A stretch of DNA of 64,000 bases. Source: Candidatus Dojkabacteria bacterium (GTDB lineage Bacteria > Patescibacteriota > Dojkabacteria > SC72). The stretch is taken from positions 389,738-453,737 of the forward strand of contig JBMNHC010000001.1 in assembly GCA_050950165.1 (NCBI GenBank). Reading direction: 5' to 3'. Below are positions 9,555 through 17,560 of the stretch, piece by piece. Position 1 is the first letter of the stretch. The number at the start of each line of letters is the position of its first letter. The notes under the pieces are model-generated. The model was not told the origin of the DNA. It saw nothing but the letters and a program-made list of their open reading frames with translations, and made no database searches. The position numbers and the translations under genes are program-made.

Positions 9555-10829
9555 ATGAAAAAAGAAAAATCTCAAGAGTACATATTTCCAAAAAATTTCT
9601 ACTGGGGAGCTGCTACTGCTAGTCATCAAGTAGAGGGAAATAATTATAATGATTGGAGTGAATGGGAGAAATCAGAGAAAAGAATTAATGATTTAAAGAA
9701 GAGTGGATTACTTGATAAATATGGACAAGATAACTTCATATCAGGTAGAGGAGCAGACCATTACAACAAGTATAAGGAGGATTTTAAACTAGCAAAAGAA
9801 TTAGGTCATAATGCTACAAGATTTTCCATTGAATGGTCTAGGATAGAGCCAGAAGAAGGAAAGTTTGATCAAAAGGCAATTAATCACTACAAAGATGTTA
9901 TAAAGAGATTAAAAGAATTAGATATTGAACCATTTGTAACTCTTTGGCATTGGCCGATACCGATCTGGTTGAGGGATAAGGGGGGATTAAAATCATCTGA
10001 GATGCCAAAATACTTTGTTAGATATGCTAAGAAGGTAGTAGAGGCATTGGGAGATGATGTTAAGTTTTGGATTACACTTAATGAGCCATTGGTAAATACT
10101 TCAATCTCTTATATACAAGGGATATGGCCACCACAAAGAAAGAATCCTTTTGTTTTTCTTAAAGTTAATCTTAATTTACTAAAGAGTCATAAACTTACAT
10201 ATACTGCTATAAAGGAGATTAATCCAAAAGCTCAAGTAGGTATAGCGAAACATAATGCATATTTTAGTATCAAGGGTAATTATTTAATTAATAAGGGTAT
10301 TAAATCTCTTGTAGATGCTTTGTGGAATCATTTATGGTTACGGTGTATTAGAGATCATCAAGACTTTATTGGTCTAAATCACTATTTCCATCATAGGATT
10401 CTTTATGGCTTAGGTAAGAATGAGAGGAAAATTATTAACCATATGGGTTGGGAGATATATCCAACATCTCTCTATCACTGTCTTAAAGATTTAAAGAGGT
10501 ATAACAAGCCAATATATGTTACAGAGAATGGTTTAGCAGATGCTAAGGATGAGAAGAGAACATGGTTTATCTATGAAATGCTTAAAGGGGTTCATAAGGC
10601 AATAGAAGAGGGTGTTGATGTAAAAGGATATTTACATTGGTCTCTGATGGATAATTTTGAATGGGCTGATGGATATTGGCCAAGATTTGGTTTAATAGAG
10701 ATAGATTATGATACTCTTGAGAGGAGACCTAGAAAATCTGCATACTTTTACAGAGATATCTGTAAGAGTAATGGAATAACCTCATCAGTAGTAGAAAAGT
10801 ATAAAGAAGAGATAGAGAGATTTTCCTAA
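9555..10829 (+). CDS. Glycoside hydrolase family 1 beta-glucosidase/beta-galactosidase
   Basis: The N-terminal GH1 signature FPKNFYWGAATASHQVEG is present. The catalytic acid/base motif is ITLNEP and the nucleophile motif is YVTENG. The length of 424 aa is typical of GH1. Confidence 0.85.
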   Translation: MKKEKSQEYIFPKNFYWGAATASHQVEGNNYNDWSEWEKSEKRINDLKKSGLLDKYGQDNFISGRGADHYNKYKEDFKLAKELGHNATRFSIEWSRIEPEEGKFDQKAINHYKDVIKRLKELDIEPFVTLWHWPIPIWLRDKGGLKSSEMPKYFVRYAKKVVEALGDDVKFWITLNEPLVNTSISYIQGIWPPQRKNPFVFLKVNLNLLKSHKLTYTAIKEINPKAQVGIAKHNAYFSIKGNYLINKGIKSLVDALWNHLWLRCIRDHQDFIGLNHYFHHRILYGLGKNERKIINHMGWEIYPTSLYHCLKDLKRYNKPIYVTENGLADAKDEKRTWFIYEMLKGVHKAIEEGVDVKGYLHWSLMDNFEWADGYWPRFGLIEIDYDTLERRPRKSAYFYRDICKSNGITSSVVEKYKEEIERFS

Positions 10830-10922
10830 TACAATAAGGTAGAGGGGATAAATTTGCTTAGTGTAGCAATAAGACTTAAGTGTTGAGTACTTATCTCTAT
10901 ATCTTTGGGTTATGATTATATA

Positions 10923-12074
10923 TTACTCAAGCTTTTTATTACTACTCAATTCTAAAAATTCTTTGTAGTTATCAATATTAACAAGCTTGTATGTAGCATT
11001 AGGGTATTCTAACCAACTCTTAGGAGCCTTCCTATCTTTATCCCACTTAAATTCATATCCATCTAAATTATCTGCATACTTCTCTATATAGTCCACCTCT
11101 GCTCTGTCATATGTTCTCCAAAAGAATCTAGATACATATCTTCTAGTATATTCATTTAATTTCATCCTTTCTATAATTAGGAAGTTTTCCCACAATGCTC
11201 CTCTGTCATTTCTTTTACTTAATGGATTGAAATTGTTAATTAATGCATTTCTAATACCTAAGTCATAGAAATATATCTTGTTTTGTTTAGAAAGTACTTT
11301 TCTTTCATTAGTGTAGTATGGAGGTAATCGGAAGATAACATAGTTTTTTTCTAAAAGATCTATATATCTCTCTATTGTCTTGTAATCTAAACCTACAAGG
11401 TTACTAAGCTCTGTTAATGAAACTTCTGAACCTATCTGTAATGCTAATGCTGAGAGTAATTTATCTAAATATGAAGAATCTTTTACCTTCTCTAATGCTA
11501 ATATGTCTTTGTATAGGTAGCTTCTACTTATTTCTCTTAACAATCTCTCTTTCTCAGAAACACTACTTGTATATACTGCTGGGTACATACCGTATACCAA
11601 GAGTAGTTCTAATTCTTTATCTATAGCTAACGGGTGTTTTTCAGAGTATATTTCTCCAACAGAAAGAGGGTAGAGTTCATAAACATATTTCCTACCTGTT
11701 AATGGTTCTGATGTATTAGAAAGAAGATTAAGACTAGATGAACCAGTTGCAATGATCTGTTTTTCTTCTCCATAGTTATCTACAAGTAGTTTAAGTACAT
11801 TCCCTATCTCTTTAACCTTTTGAGCTTCATCTATAAATATGATTTTTTTGTCTGCTATGAAGTTGTTTAAGTATTCAAAATCTCTCTTATCTAAATTTTC
11901 TTTATCTTTTGGGTTATCGGCATTTAGAAACAAGACATTGTCATAGTCTTTTAATATATGGGTTGCTAGTGTTGTTTTACCAATTTGTCTAGGTCCAGAG
12001 ATGATAATAACCTTTCCTTTGAAGAAATCTCTCTTTATATTCTCTTCTATTGTTCTTTTTAGTCTGTATTTCAT
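10923..12074 (-). CDS. AAA+ superfamily ATPase with C-terminal DUF4143-like domain
   Basis: The Walker A motif is ISGPRQIGKTTL, with a Walker B-like IIFIDEAQ. The C-terminal region has the conserved architecture of the uncharacterised AAA_14/DUF4143 ATPases common in archaea and CPR. Confidence 0.7.
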   Translation of the reverse strand: MKYRLKRTIEENIKRDFFKGKVIIISGPRQIGKTTLATHILKDYDNVLFLNADNPKDKENLDKRDFEYLNNFIADKKIIFIDEAQKVKEIGNVLKLLVDNYGEEKQIIATGSSSLNLLSNTSEPLTGRKYVYELYPLSVGEIYSEKHPLAIDKELELLLVYGMYPAVYTSSVSEKERLLREISRSYLYKDILALEKVKDSSYLDKLLSALALQIGSEVSLTELSNLVGLDYKTIERYIDLLEKNYVIFRLPPYYTNERKVLSKQNKIYFYDLGIRNALINNFNPLSKRNDRGALWENFLIIERMKLNEYTRRYVSRFFWRTYDRAEVDYIEKYADNLDGYEFKWDKDRKAPKSWLEYPNATYKLVNIDNYKEFLELSSNKKLE

Positions 12075-12085
12075 TCCTGTTATTA

Positions 12086-12199
12086 GGCTTAATTTAAGGA
12101 ATTGGCTCCTTATTGTAGGCCCAATTTAAGGAATTGTCAAGTATTTTATGCCTAATTTAAGGAATCAACTACAAACATTATGCCTAATTTACGGAATTG
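12086..12199. repeat. Four direct iteron-like repeats (~19 bp, consensus GCYYAATTTAAGGAATTG) spaced ~32 bp apart, in the promoter region of the DUF4143 ATPase gene
   Basis: The copies are ggcttaatttaaggaattg (12086), ggcccaatttaaggaattg (12118), tgcctaatttaaggaatca (12149) and tgcctaatttacggaattg (12181). The period of about three helical turns matches phased protein-binding sites. Confidence 0.6.
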
Positions 12200-12248
12200 T
12201 TAGTGTGTAGAAAAGGATAGGTATATTTCTAAAGTTAAAAACAACTCT

Positions 12249-13022
12249 TTAACCAATATTCTTGAAGCTGACATCTAAATATTTAACTATATAATCAAAA
12301 AAAGAAGCCAAATTCTCCCTCTCTTTTCTAGGCACAAAAGGAGCTAAATCTTTTACAAAGTTCTTCTTGGAGAACAACTTTATCCTTTCTTCTAAAGTAT
12401 TTGAATCTATTTTCTTAATATCATAGTACTTAAGCTTCTTGGTAACCAAGTCATCATTAAACTTTGCTCCAAGCTCTAGTAATATCCATAAATCATATAG
12501 ATCTCTATGCTTTACCCTTGTCATTACAGCCCTTATCTTCTCTGCAAATATCTCATCTATACTTAAGGTATTTACAAAACTTTGGAAGATAACAGGATAC
12601 TCGGTTTTTAGAATACTTTGCTTTGGTTCTAAAACTTGTTCTCTAGTAGAGAAATCTAGTTTGATATATACCTTGCTCTTTAGAAAAGGAACCTCTGCTG
12701 TCAAAAGATATGTATATCCTATTATCGATTTCCTCTCCTTTATCTTAAAAGTATATATGTTTTCTAAATATTGAAAGAATGAGAGTATCTTCTCTTCGAA
12801 TTCTTCCTCTGGCATATTTACAGTGAAATCTAAATCCTCTGAAAATCTATGTCCTCCCCATATTAATCTGATTGCAGTGCCTCCCTTAAAAAAGATATTT
12901 TTAGAGAAATTTTGTTCATACAATTCTTTTAGAAAGAGTATCTGTACAAACTCTCTTACTACGACAGAGTTAGATATTTGAAATTTTTTTGATAGTTGTT
13001 TTACTTGTTGTTCTATTATCAT
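12249..13022 (-). CDS. AbiEii/AbiGii-family nucleotidyltransferase (type IV toxin-antitoxin / abortive infection toxin)
   Basis: The N-terminal motif FFKGGTAIRLIWGGHRFSEDLDF matches the nucleotidyltransferase motif of AbiEii/DUF1814 proteins. Size is 257 aa. The gene overlaps the upstream AbiEi-like gene by 4 nt (ATGA). Confidence 0.75.
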   Translation of the reverse strand: MIIEQQVKQLSKKFQISNSVVVREFVQILFLKELYEQNFSKNIFFKGGTAIRLIWGGHRFSEDLDFTVNMPEEEFEEKILSFFQYLENIYTFKIKERKSIIGYTYLLTAEVPFLKSKVYIKLDFSTREQVLEPKQSILKTEYPVIFQSFVNTLSIDEIFAEKIRAVMTRVKHRDLYDLWILLELGAKFNDDLVTKKLKYYDIKKIDSNTLEERIKLFSKKNFVKDLAPFVPRKERENLASFFDYIVKYLDVSFKNIG

Positions 13023-13609
13023 AGATATTGAGATATTAAAAGTTTAATTGATTTCCTAAGCCTCTTTGGTAGGAGGTATATATATTTTTCTACTTCCCTT
13101 TTTTTAATATTTGTATAGTCCATTTCATTTAGATACTCTGCATTTTTTTTCTTTAGGGCTATCATGTAGAGTTGATCAAAGAGAGCTTTTTCTGGATATG
13201 CCATGAGACAGTTACCTAGTTTGTAATATCCAGTATATATTTGCTTACTTATCTTCGTATATGTGTATGTTTTGCCCAATATTTCTTTACTTTTGCTTTT
13301 CTTTGTCGTAGCTGAAATAATTTCAAATGGAAACTGACTTAAAATTCCATGATAGTTAAGAGCAGTTTCAAAGGAGATGTATGATGGAGAGTAGAGGAAT
13401 TGAGATATTTCAAAGTCTGTGATATTTGAATCTGTTAGTATGTACTTACCTTTTTCTAAAGGAGTTATTACTTTTGTATCAATTAGTTTCTTTATTCTGT
13501 TTTCTAATGTTCTTTGAGTATTGATTCCTAAGATTTGTGATATATCTTTAGTAGTAAAGAGCTTTTTATCACTTTTAAGAAACAAATTTACAATGTTTAT
13601 CAGTTCCAT
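13019..13609 (-). CDS. AbiEi-family antitoxin/transcriptional regulator (winged HTH N-terminus)
   Basis: A 196-aa protein with an N-terminal HTH-like segment (TTKDISQILGINTQRTLENRIKKL) sits immediately upstream of, and is translationally coupled to, the AbiEii-like gene. Its own promoter carries a palindromic operator. Confidence 0.65.
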   Translation of the reverse strand: MELINIVNLFLKSDKKLFTTKDISQILGINTQRTLENRIKKLIDTKVITPLEKGKYILTDSNITDFEISQFLYSPSYISFETALNYHGILSQFPFEIISATTKKSKSKEILGKTYTYTKISKQIYTGYYKLGNCLMAYPEKALFDQLYMIALKKKNAEYLNEMDYTNIKKREVEKYIYLLPKRLRKSIKLLISQYL

Positions 13610-13657
13610 ATACCACCTATTTTAGGTGGTTTGTGGAAATATGTCAATGGGGGGGGG
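13610..13657 (-). promoter_or_regulatory. AbiEi promoter: -35 TTGACA, 17-nt spacer, -10 TAAAAT. A palindrome ACCACCT-aaaat-AGGTGGT overlaps the -10 and RBS, and a C9 (G9 on +) homopolymer lies just upstream of the -35.
   Basis: Minus-strand reading gives cccccccccATTGACAtatttccacaaaccaccTAAAATaggtggtaATG. The G9 run on the + strand is at 13649-13657. Confidence 0.6.
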
Positions 13658-13800
13658 AGGAGATTAATTTTGCGAAAAAATGAAGGCTGTACATATTGTT
13701 GCTCCTTTCTCCATTCCGTGATATACTCGCTCTGTTAGCAATTAATATTAGTCGTATGTCTATCCAGCTAACAGGAAGACATCACCAAAGGATTAACCCT

Positions 13801-15021
13801 ATGGCACAGACAAAAAAGCAAACAGAGAGTTCTGCTATGTACTCTCAAATAGATGAATTTCTTTCAGATAGCAAACATCAGATAAAGCAACTTGCAAGAG
13901 GAGATATTGTAGAAGGAGAAGTTGTAGATATTAACAATGGAATAATCATTGTAGATGTTGGGTATAAGTCTGAAGGAATAGTTGCAGGAAAAGAGCTTAA
14001 AAGTGATACATTAGATTGGACAACTCTAAAACAGGGAGACAAGATCTTAGTGTATGTTGTTAAACCTGAAGATGATAAAGGACAGTTAGTACTCTCAATT
14101 AGAAGAACACAGCAAGCAAGTGCATGGTTAGCATTAGAGAATGCTAAAAAGAACAATGATATCGTAGAAGCTGTAGTAGTAGAATCTAATAACGGGGGAT
14201 TAATTGTTGAGATAGGGAAAGGAATTAGAGGCTTTATCCCAACTTCTCAGCTAGATGCAACAAGGGTATATGCAGACGGTGTTAGACAGGTAGGTAAAGA
14301 TATCTCCTCTAGGGTACAGAAAAGACTTAACTCTTTAATAGGGGAGAGTATTAAAACTAGAATCATTGAATTAGATAGAGAGAAAAACAGAATAATTCTT
14401 TCAGAGAAAATGGTGACACAGGCAAGAGATTTAGAGAAGAGGGCACAGACCTTAAAGAAGGTAAAGGAAGGAGATGTACTTGAAGGAACAGTTAGTGGTA
14501 TTACCCCATTTGGTATCTTTGTTAATGCACAAGGTTTAGAAGGACTAGTGCACCTTTCTGAGCTTTCATGGGATAAAGTGGAAGATATTGGAGCAATATA
14601 TTCTGTAGGAGATAAAGTTGAGGTAATGGTAATAGGGTTGACAGATGGTGGAAAGAGAGTTGCATACAGTGTAAAAAGGTTACAGCAAGATCCATGGTCT
14701 ATGGCAATTTCTAAGTTTAAAGTCGGAGATATTGTAGATGGAGAGGTACAGAAGGTTGTTCCATACGGAGCATTTGTTAGAATTGGAGAGGGTCTAAATG
14801 GTCTAATTCATATCTCAGAGCTTTCAGACAAACTAGTTAAGAATCCTGAAGATATTGTAAAGACAGGTCAGAAGGTAAAGGTAAAAATTCTTTCAATATC
14901 TTCTACTGAAAGACACTTAGGATTAAGTCTTAAGGCAGCACAGACACCAGCACAGAAACAGCTAAGTGAGGAGCAACTCTCAGAGGCAATAGATGCTGCG
15001 ATAGATGCAGAGATAAAGTAA
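13801..15021 (+). CDS. rpsA: 30S ribosomal protein S1 (four S1 domains)
   Basis: S1-domain motifs recur (GDIVEGEVV..., GxV..I..fGaFV). The supplied ORF starts at 13696, but an extended -10 (TGaTATACT, 13719-13727) places the transcription start after 13696. The ATG at 13801 (MAQTKKQ) has AAAGGA upstream. Confidence 0.8.
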   Translation: MAQTKKQTESSAMYSQIDEFLSDSKHQIKQLARGDIVEGEVVDINNGIIIVDVGYKSEGIVAGKELKSDTLDWTTLKQGDKILVYVVKPEDDKGQLVLSIRRTQQASAWLALENAKKNNDIVEAVVVESNNGGLIVEIGKGIRGFIPTSQLDATRVYADGVRQVGKDISSRVQKRLNSLIGESIKTRIIELDREKNRIILSEKMVTQARDLEKRAQTLKKVKEGDVLEGTVSGITPFGIFVNAQGLEGLVHLSELSWDKVEDIGAIYSVGDKVEVMVIGLTDGGKRVAYSVKRLQQDPWSMAISKFKVGDIVDGEVQKVVPYGAFVRIGEGLNGLIHISELSDKLVKNPEDIVKTGQKVKVKILSISSTERHLGLSLKAAQTPAQKQLSEEQLSEAIDAAIDAEIK

Positions 15022-15033
15022 GAGATATTCTAA

Positions 15034-15059
15034 AGAGGGGTATTACTACCTCTCTTTTT
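15034..15059 (+). terminator. Rho-independent terminator after rpsA
   Basis: Hairpin agaggggta-ttac-tacctctct, followed by TTTTT. Confidence 0.6.
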
Positions 15060-15067
15060 GGTATAAT
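15059..15067 (+). promoter_or_regulatory. Extended -10 promoter TGGTATAAT for clpC, 5 nt upstream of the ATG (near-leaderless)
   Basis: The sequence tggtataatagggtATG is directly visible. Confidence 0.45.
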
Positions 15068-15072
15068 AGGGT

Positions 15073-17544
15073 ATGAAGAAAGCAATAAGTAATCACATAT
15101 TTTCTAGGTTAAGCCGTAATGCAAAAATATCCATTAGAAATGGAGCTACCATATCTGAGTATTTAAAGAGTAGTTCTGTTCAGCCAGAACATATATTGGT
15201 AGGAATACTTTTGAATGAAAATGCACTAGCTACTAAGATTGTTCTTTCAATGGGGCTTAATATTGAGGAGATATTAAGTACGATACTTAAGGGCTCTACA
15301 TTGGATATAGTGGCAGATAGTAGTTTGCCTAAAGAGGTTAAGTTTTCCAAAGATTCGCAGATAGTACTTAGAAAGGCCTTCGATTGGTCACAGAGATACT
15401 CCCATGTATATGTAGGAACAGAGCATTTAATGTTAGCACTTTTGGAATCTACGGACCTGTTTATAAAGGATTTGGCTAAGCACGGTTTTGAGATAAAGAG
15501 ATTTCAGAAACATCTAGCTGAATATGCTACATATCCATTAGGGATACTTGCTAAGCCAGAGATAACAGGACAGCAGGTTCAGAGAGGAAGTCTCTTGGGA
15601 GTAATAGGTAGAGACTTAGTAGCATTAGCAAAGGAGGGTAAACTTGATCCACTTGTAGGTAGAGAAGATGAATTAAACAATATGGTAAAGATACTTAGTC
15701 GTAGAAAGAAGAGTAATCCGATAATTGTGGGAGATGCAGGAGTAGGAAAGACTGTATTAGTAGAGGGTCTTGCTCAGATGATAGCGGATGGTACCGTACC
15801 TCCATCTTTAAGAGATATGAGAATAGTGTCACTAGATGTAGCTAGTATAATGGCAGGTAGTAAAATGAGAGGTGATGTAGAAGAGAAGGTTTTGGATATT
15901 GTAAATGAGGTAATAGAGTCTACAAATATAATTCTTTTCATAGACGAAATACATACAATTCTAACTTCTTCTCTTCCTGGGGGAAACTCTGAGATAGCGT
16001 CAATATTAAAGCCTGCTTTGCTAAGAGACAATTTTAGATGTATTGGAGCTACAACAACAGAAGAATATTCTGCATACTTTGAGAGTGATAATGCTTTGGC
16101 TAGAAGATTTCAAACAATATTTTTAGAGGAGCCTACAATAGAGGAAACGATTCAGATATTAAAGAATCTAAGACCCATTCTGGAAGCACATCATAGGATT
16201 AGAATAAGTGATGAGGCATTAGAGTTAGGGGTATCACTTTCTGATAGATATATTAGTGATAGATATCTACCAGATAAAGCGATAGATCTTTTAGATGAGG
16301 CTAGTGCTACTAAGAAGTTAAGTATAGATGGTAAATATGAGGAACTTTCATCTTTGGCTTCTAAGCTAAGAGGTATTCAAGGGGCTAAAGAAGAGTACAT
16401 CATTAAGGGTGATATGGAGTTAGCTGCCAAACTTAAAAAGGAAGAGATATCTCTTAAAAAGAAGATATCTACTTTAGAAAAGAAGAGAGCAGAGGCAAGA
16501 AAGAGAAAGAGTAGTGTGGTGAATATAGATGATATTAGAAAAGTGGTATCAGATTGGACAGGTATTCCTCTTAATACATTAGGCTCAAAAGAGAAGAGTA
16601 CTCTTCTTAAGTTAGATGAGAAGATTAATGAGTCTGTCATTGGGCAGAAAGAGGCAGTAGCAGGAGTTGTATCAGCAATTAAAAGAGCAAGAGTAGGAAT
16701 ATCTGATGAGAGTAGGCCTTGGGCATCATTTCTCTTTTTAGGACCTACAGGTGTTGGTAAGAGTGAGTTAGCAAAGGTTTTAGCAAAAGAACTTTTTGGT
16801 AATGAGGATAAATTAGTGCAGATAGATATGTCTGAGTTAATGGAGATGCACAGTGTTTCTAAATTGATAGGGTCTCCTCCTGGGTATATAGGGTATCAGC
16901 AAGGTGGTTGGTTGACAGAACAGGTTAGAAGAAATCCACATAGTGTGATACTTTTTGATGAGATAGAGAAGGCTCATCCAGATGTACTAAATATATTACT
17001 TCAGATTTTAGAGTATGGGCATCTAACAGATGGTAGGGGTAGGAAAGTAAATTTTAAGAATACAATAGTAATATTAACATCAAATATTGGGGCAGAAGCG
17101 ATAGGTAGAGATAGAGTGTTAGGGTTTTCTAGAACAAGAAACAAGGAGGAGAAGAAGAGTGCTGAACAAGCGTACTCTACAATGAAATCTGAGCTTCTTA
17201 AAGAGCTTAGAAAGACATTAAGGCCTGAGCTTCTAAATAGGTTAGATGATACTGTAATTTTTAGAGCATTAAGTACTAAAGATGCAAGAAAGATAGTAGA
17301 GATTTTGGTAGATGAGTTAAATGAAAGGATTGGTAATCAGGGATACAAGGTTTTGCTTTCTAAACCTCTTCTTTCATACATAGTTAAAGAAGGGTTTAGT
17401 CAAGAATATGGTGCTCGTCCACTAAGAAGGGTATTACAAGACAGGGTAGAGAGTAAGTTAGCCGACCATATCTTAAGAAAAGGTGATGAGGGAGGGGTAA
17501 TAAAGATGGATTTTAAGAAGAATCGTATAGTTATTAATTCTTAA
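15073..17544 (+). CDS. clpC: ATP-dependent Clp protease ATP-binding subunit ClpC (two AAA+ modules, Clp-N domain, LGF ClpP-docking loop)
   Basis: Clp-N repeats are present. Walker A motifs are GDAGVGKT (D1) and GPTGVGKS (D2). The middle domain is short and the LGF loop (RVLGFS) is present. Total length is 823 aa. Confidence 0.85.
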   Translation: MKKAISNHIFSRLSRNAKISIRNGATISEYLKSSSVQPEHILVGILLNENALATKIVLSMGLNIEEILSTILKGSTLDIVADSSLPKEVKFSKDSQIVLRKAFDWSQRYSHVYVGTEHLMLALLESTDLFIKDLAKHGFEIKRFQKHLAEYATYPLGILAKPEITGQQVQRGSLLGVIGRDLVALAKEGKLDPLVGREDELNNMVKILSRRKKSNPIIVGDAGVGKTVLVEGLAQMIADGTVPPSLRDMRIVSLDVASIMAGSKMRGDVEEKVLDIVNEVIESTNIILFIDEIHTILTSSLPGGNSEIASILKPALLRDNFRCIGATTTEEYSAYFESDNALARRFQTIFLEEPTIEETIQILKNLRPILEAHHRIRISDEALELGVSLSDRYISDRYLPDKAIDLLDEASATKKLSIDGKYEELSSLASKLRGIQGAKEEYIIKGDMELAAKLKKEEISLKKKISTLEKKRAEARKRKSSVVNIDDIRKVVSDWTGIPLNTLGSKEKSTLLKLDEKINESVIGQKEAVAGVVSAIKRARVGISDESRPWASFLFLGPTGVGKSELAKVLAKELFGNEDKLVQIDMSELMEMHSVSKLIGSPPGYIGYQQGGWLTEQVRRNPHSVILFDEIEKAHPDVLNILLQILEYGHLTDGRGRKVNFKNTIVILTSNIGAEAIGRDRVLGFSRTRNKEEKKSAEQAYSTMKSELLKELRKTLRPELLNRLDDTVIFRALSTKDARKIVEILVDELNERIGNQGYKVLLSKPLLSYIVKEGFSQEYGARPLRRVLQDRVESKLADHILRKGDEGGVIKMDFKKNRIVINS

Positions 17545-17560
17545 TTTAATATTTTTACTA

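Noticed and set aside
12086-12199. Possible CRISPR array
   Set aside because: There are only four ~19-bp repeats with ~13-bp spacers and no cas genes. Repeat and spacer sizes are far from the CRISPR range. They are interpreted as iteron-like regulatory repeats.
13696-13800. Longer rpsA start at 13696 from the supplied ORF
   Set aside because: The extended -10 at 13719-13727 places the transcription start downstream of 13696. The extension (MLLLSPFRDILALL...) is not S1-like, so the ATG at 13801 is preferred.
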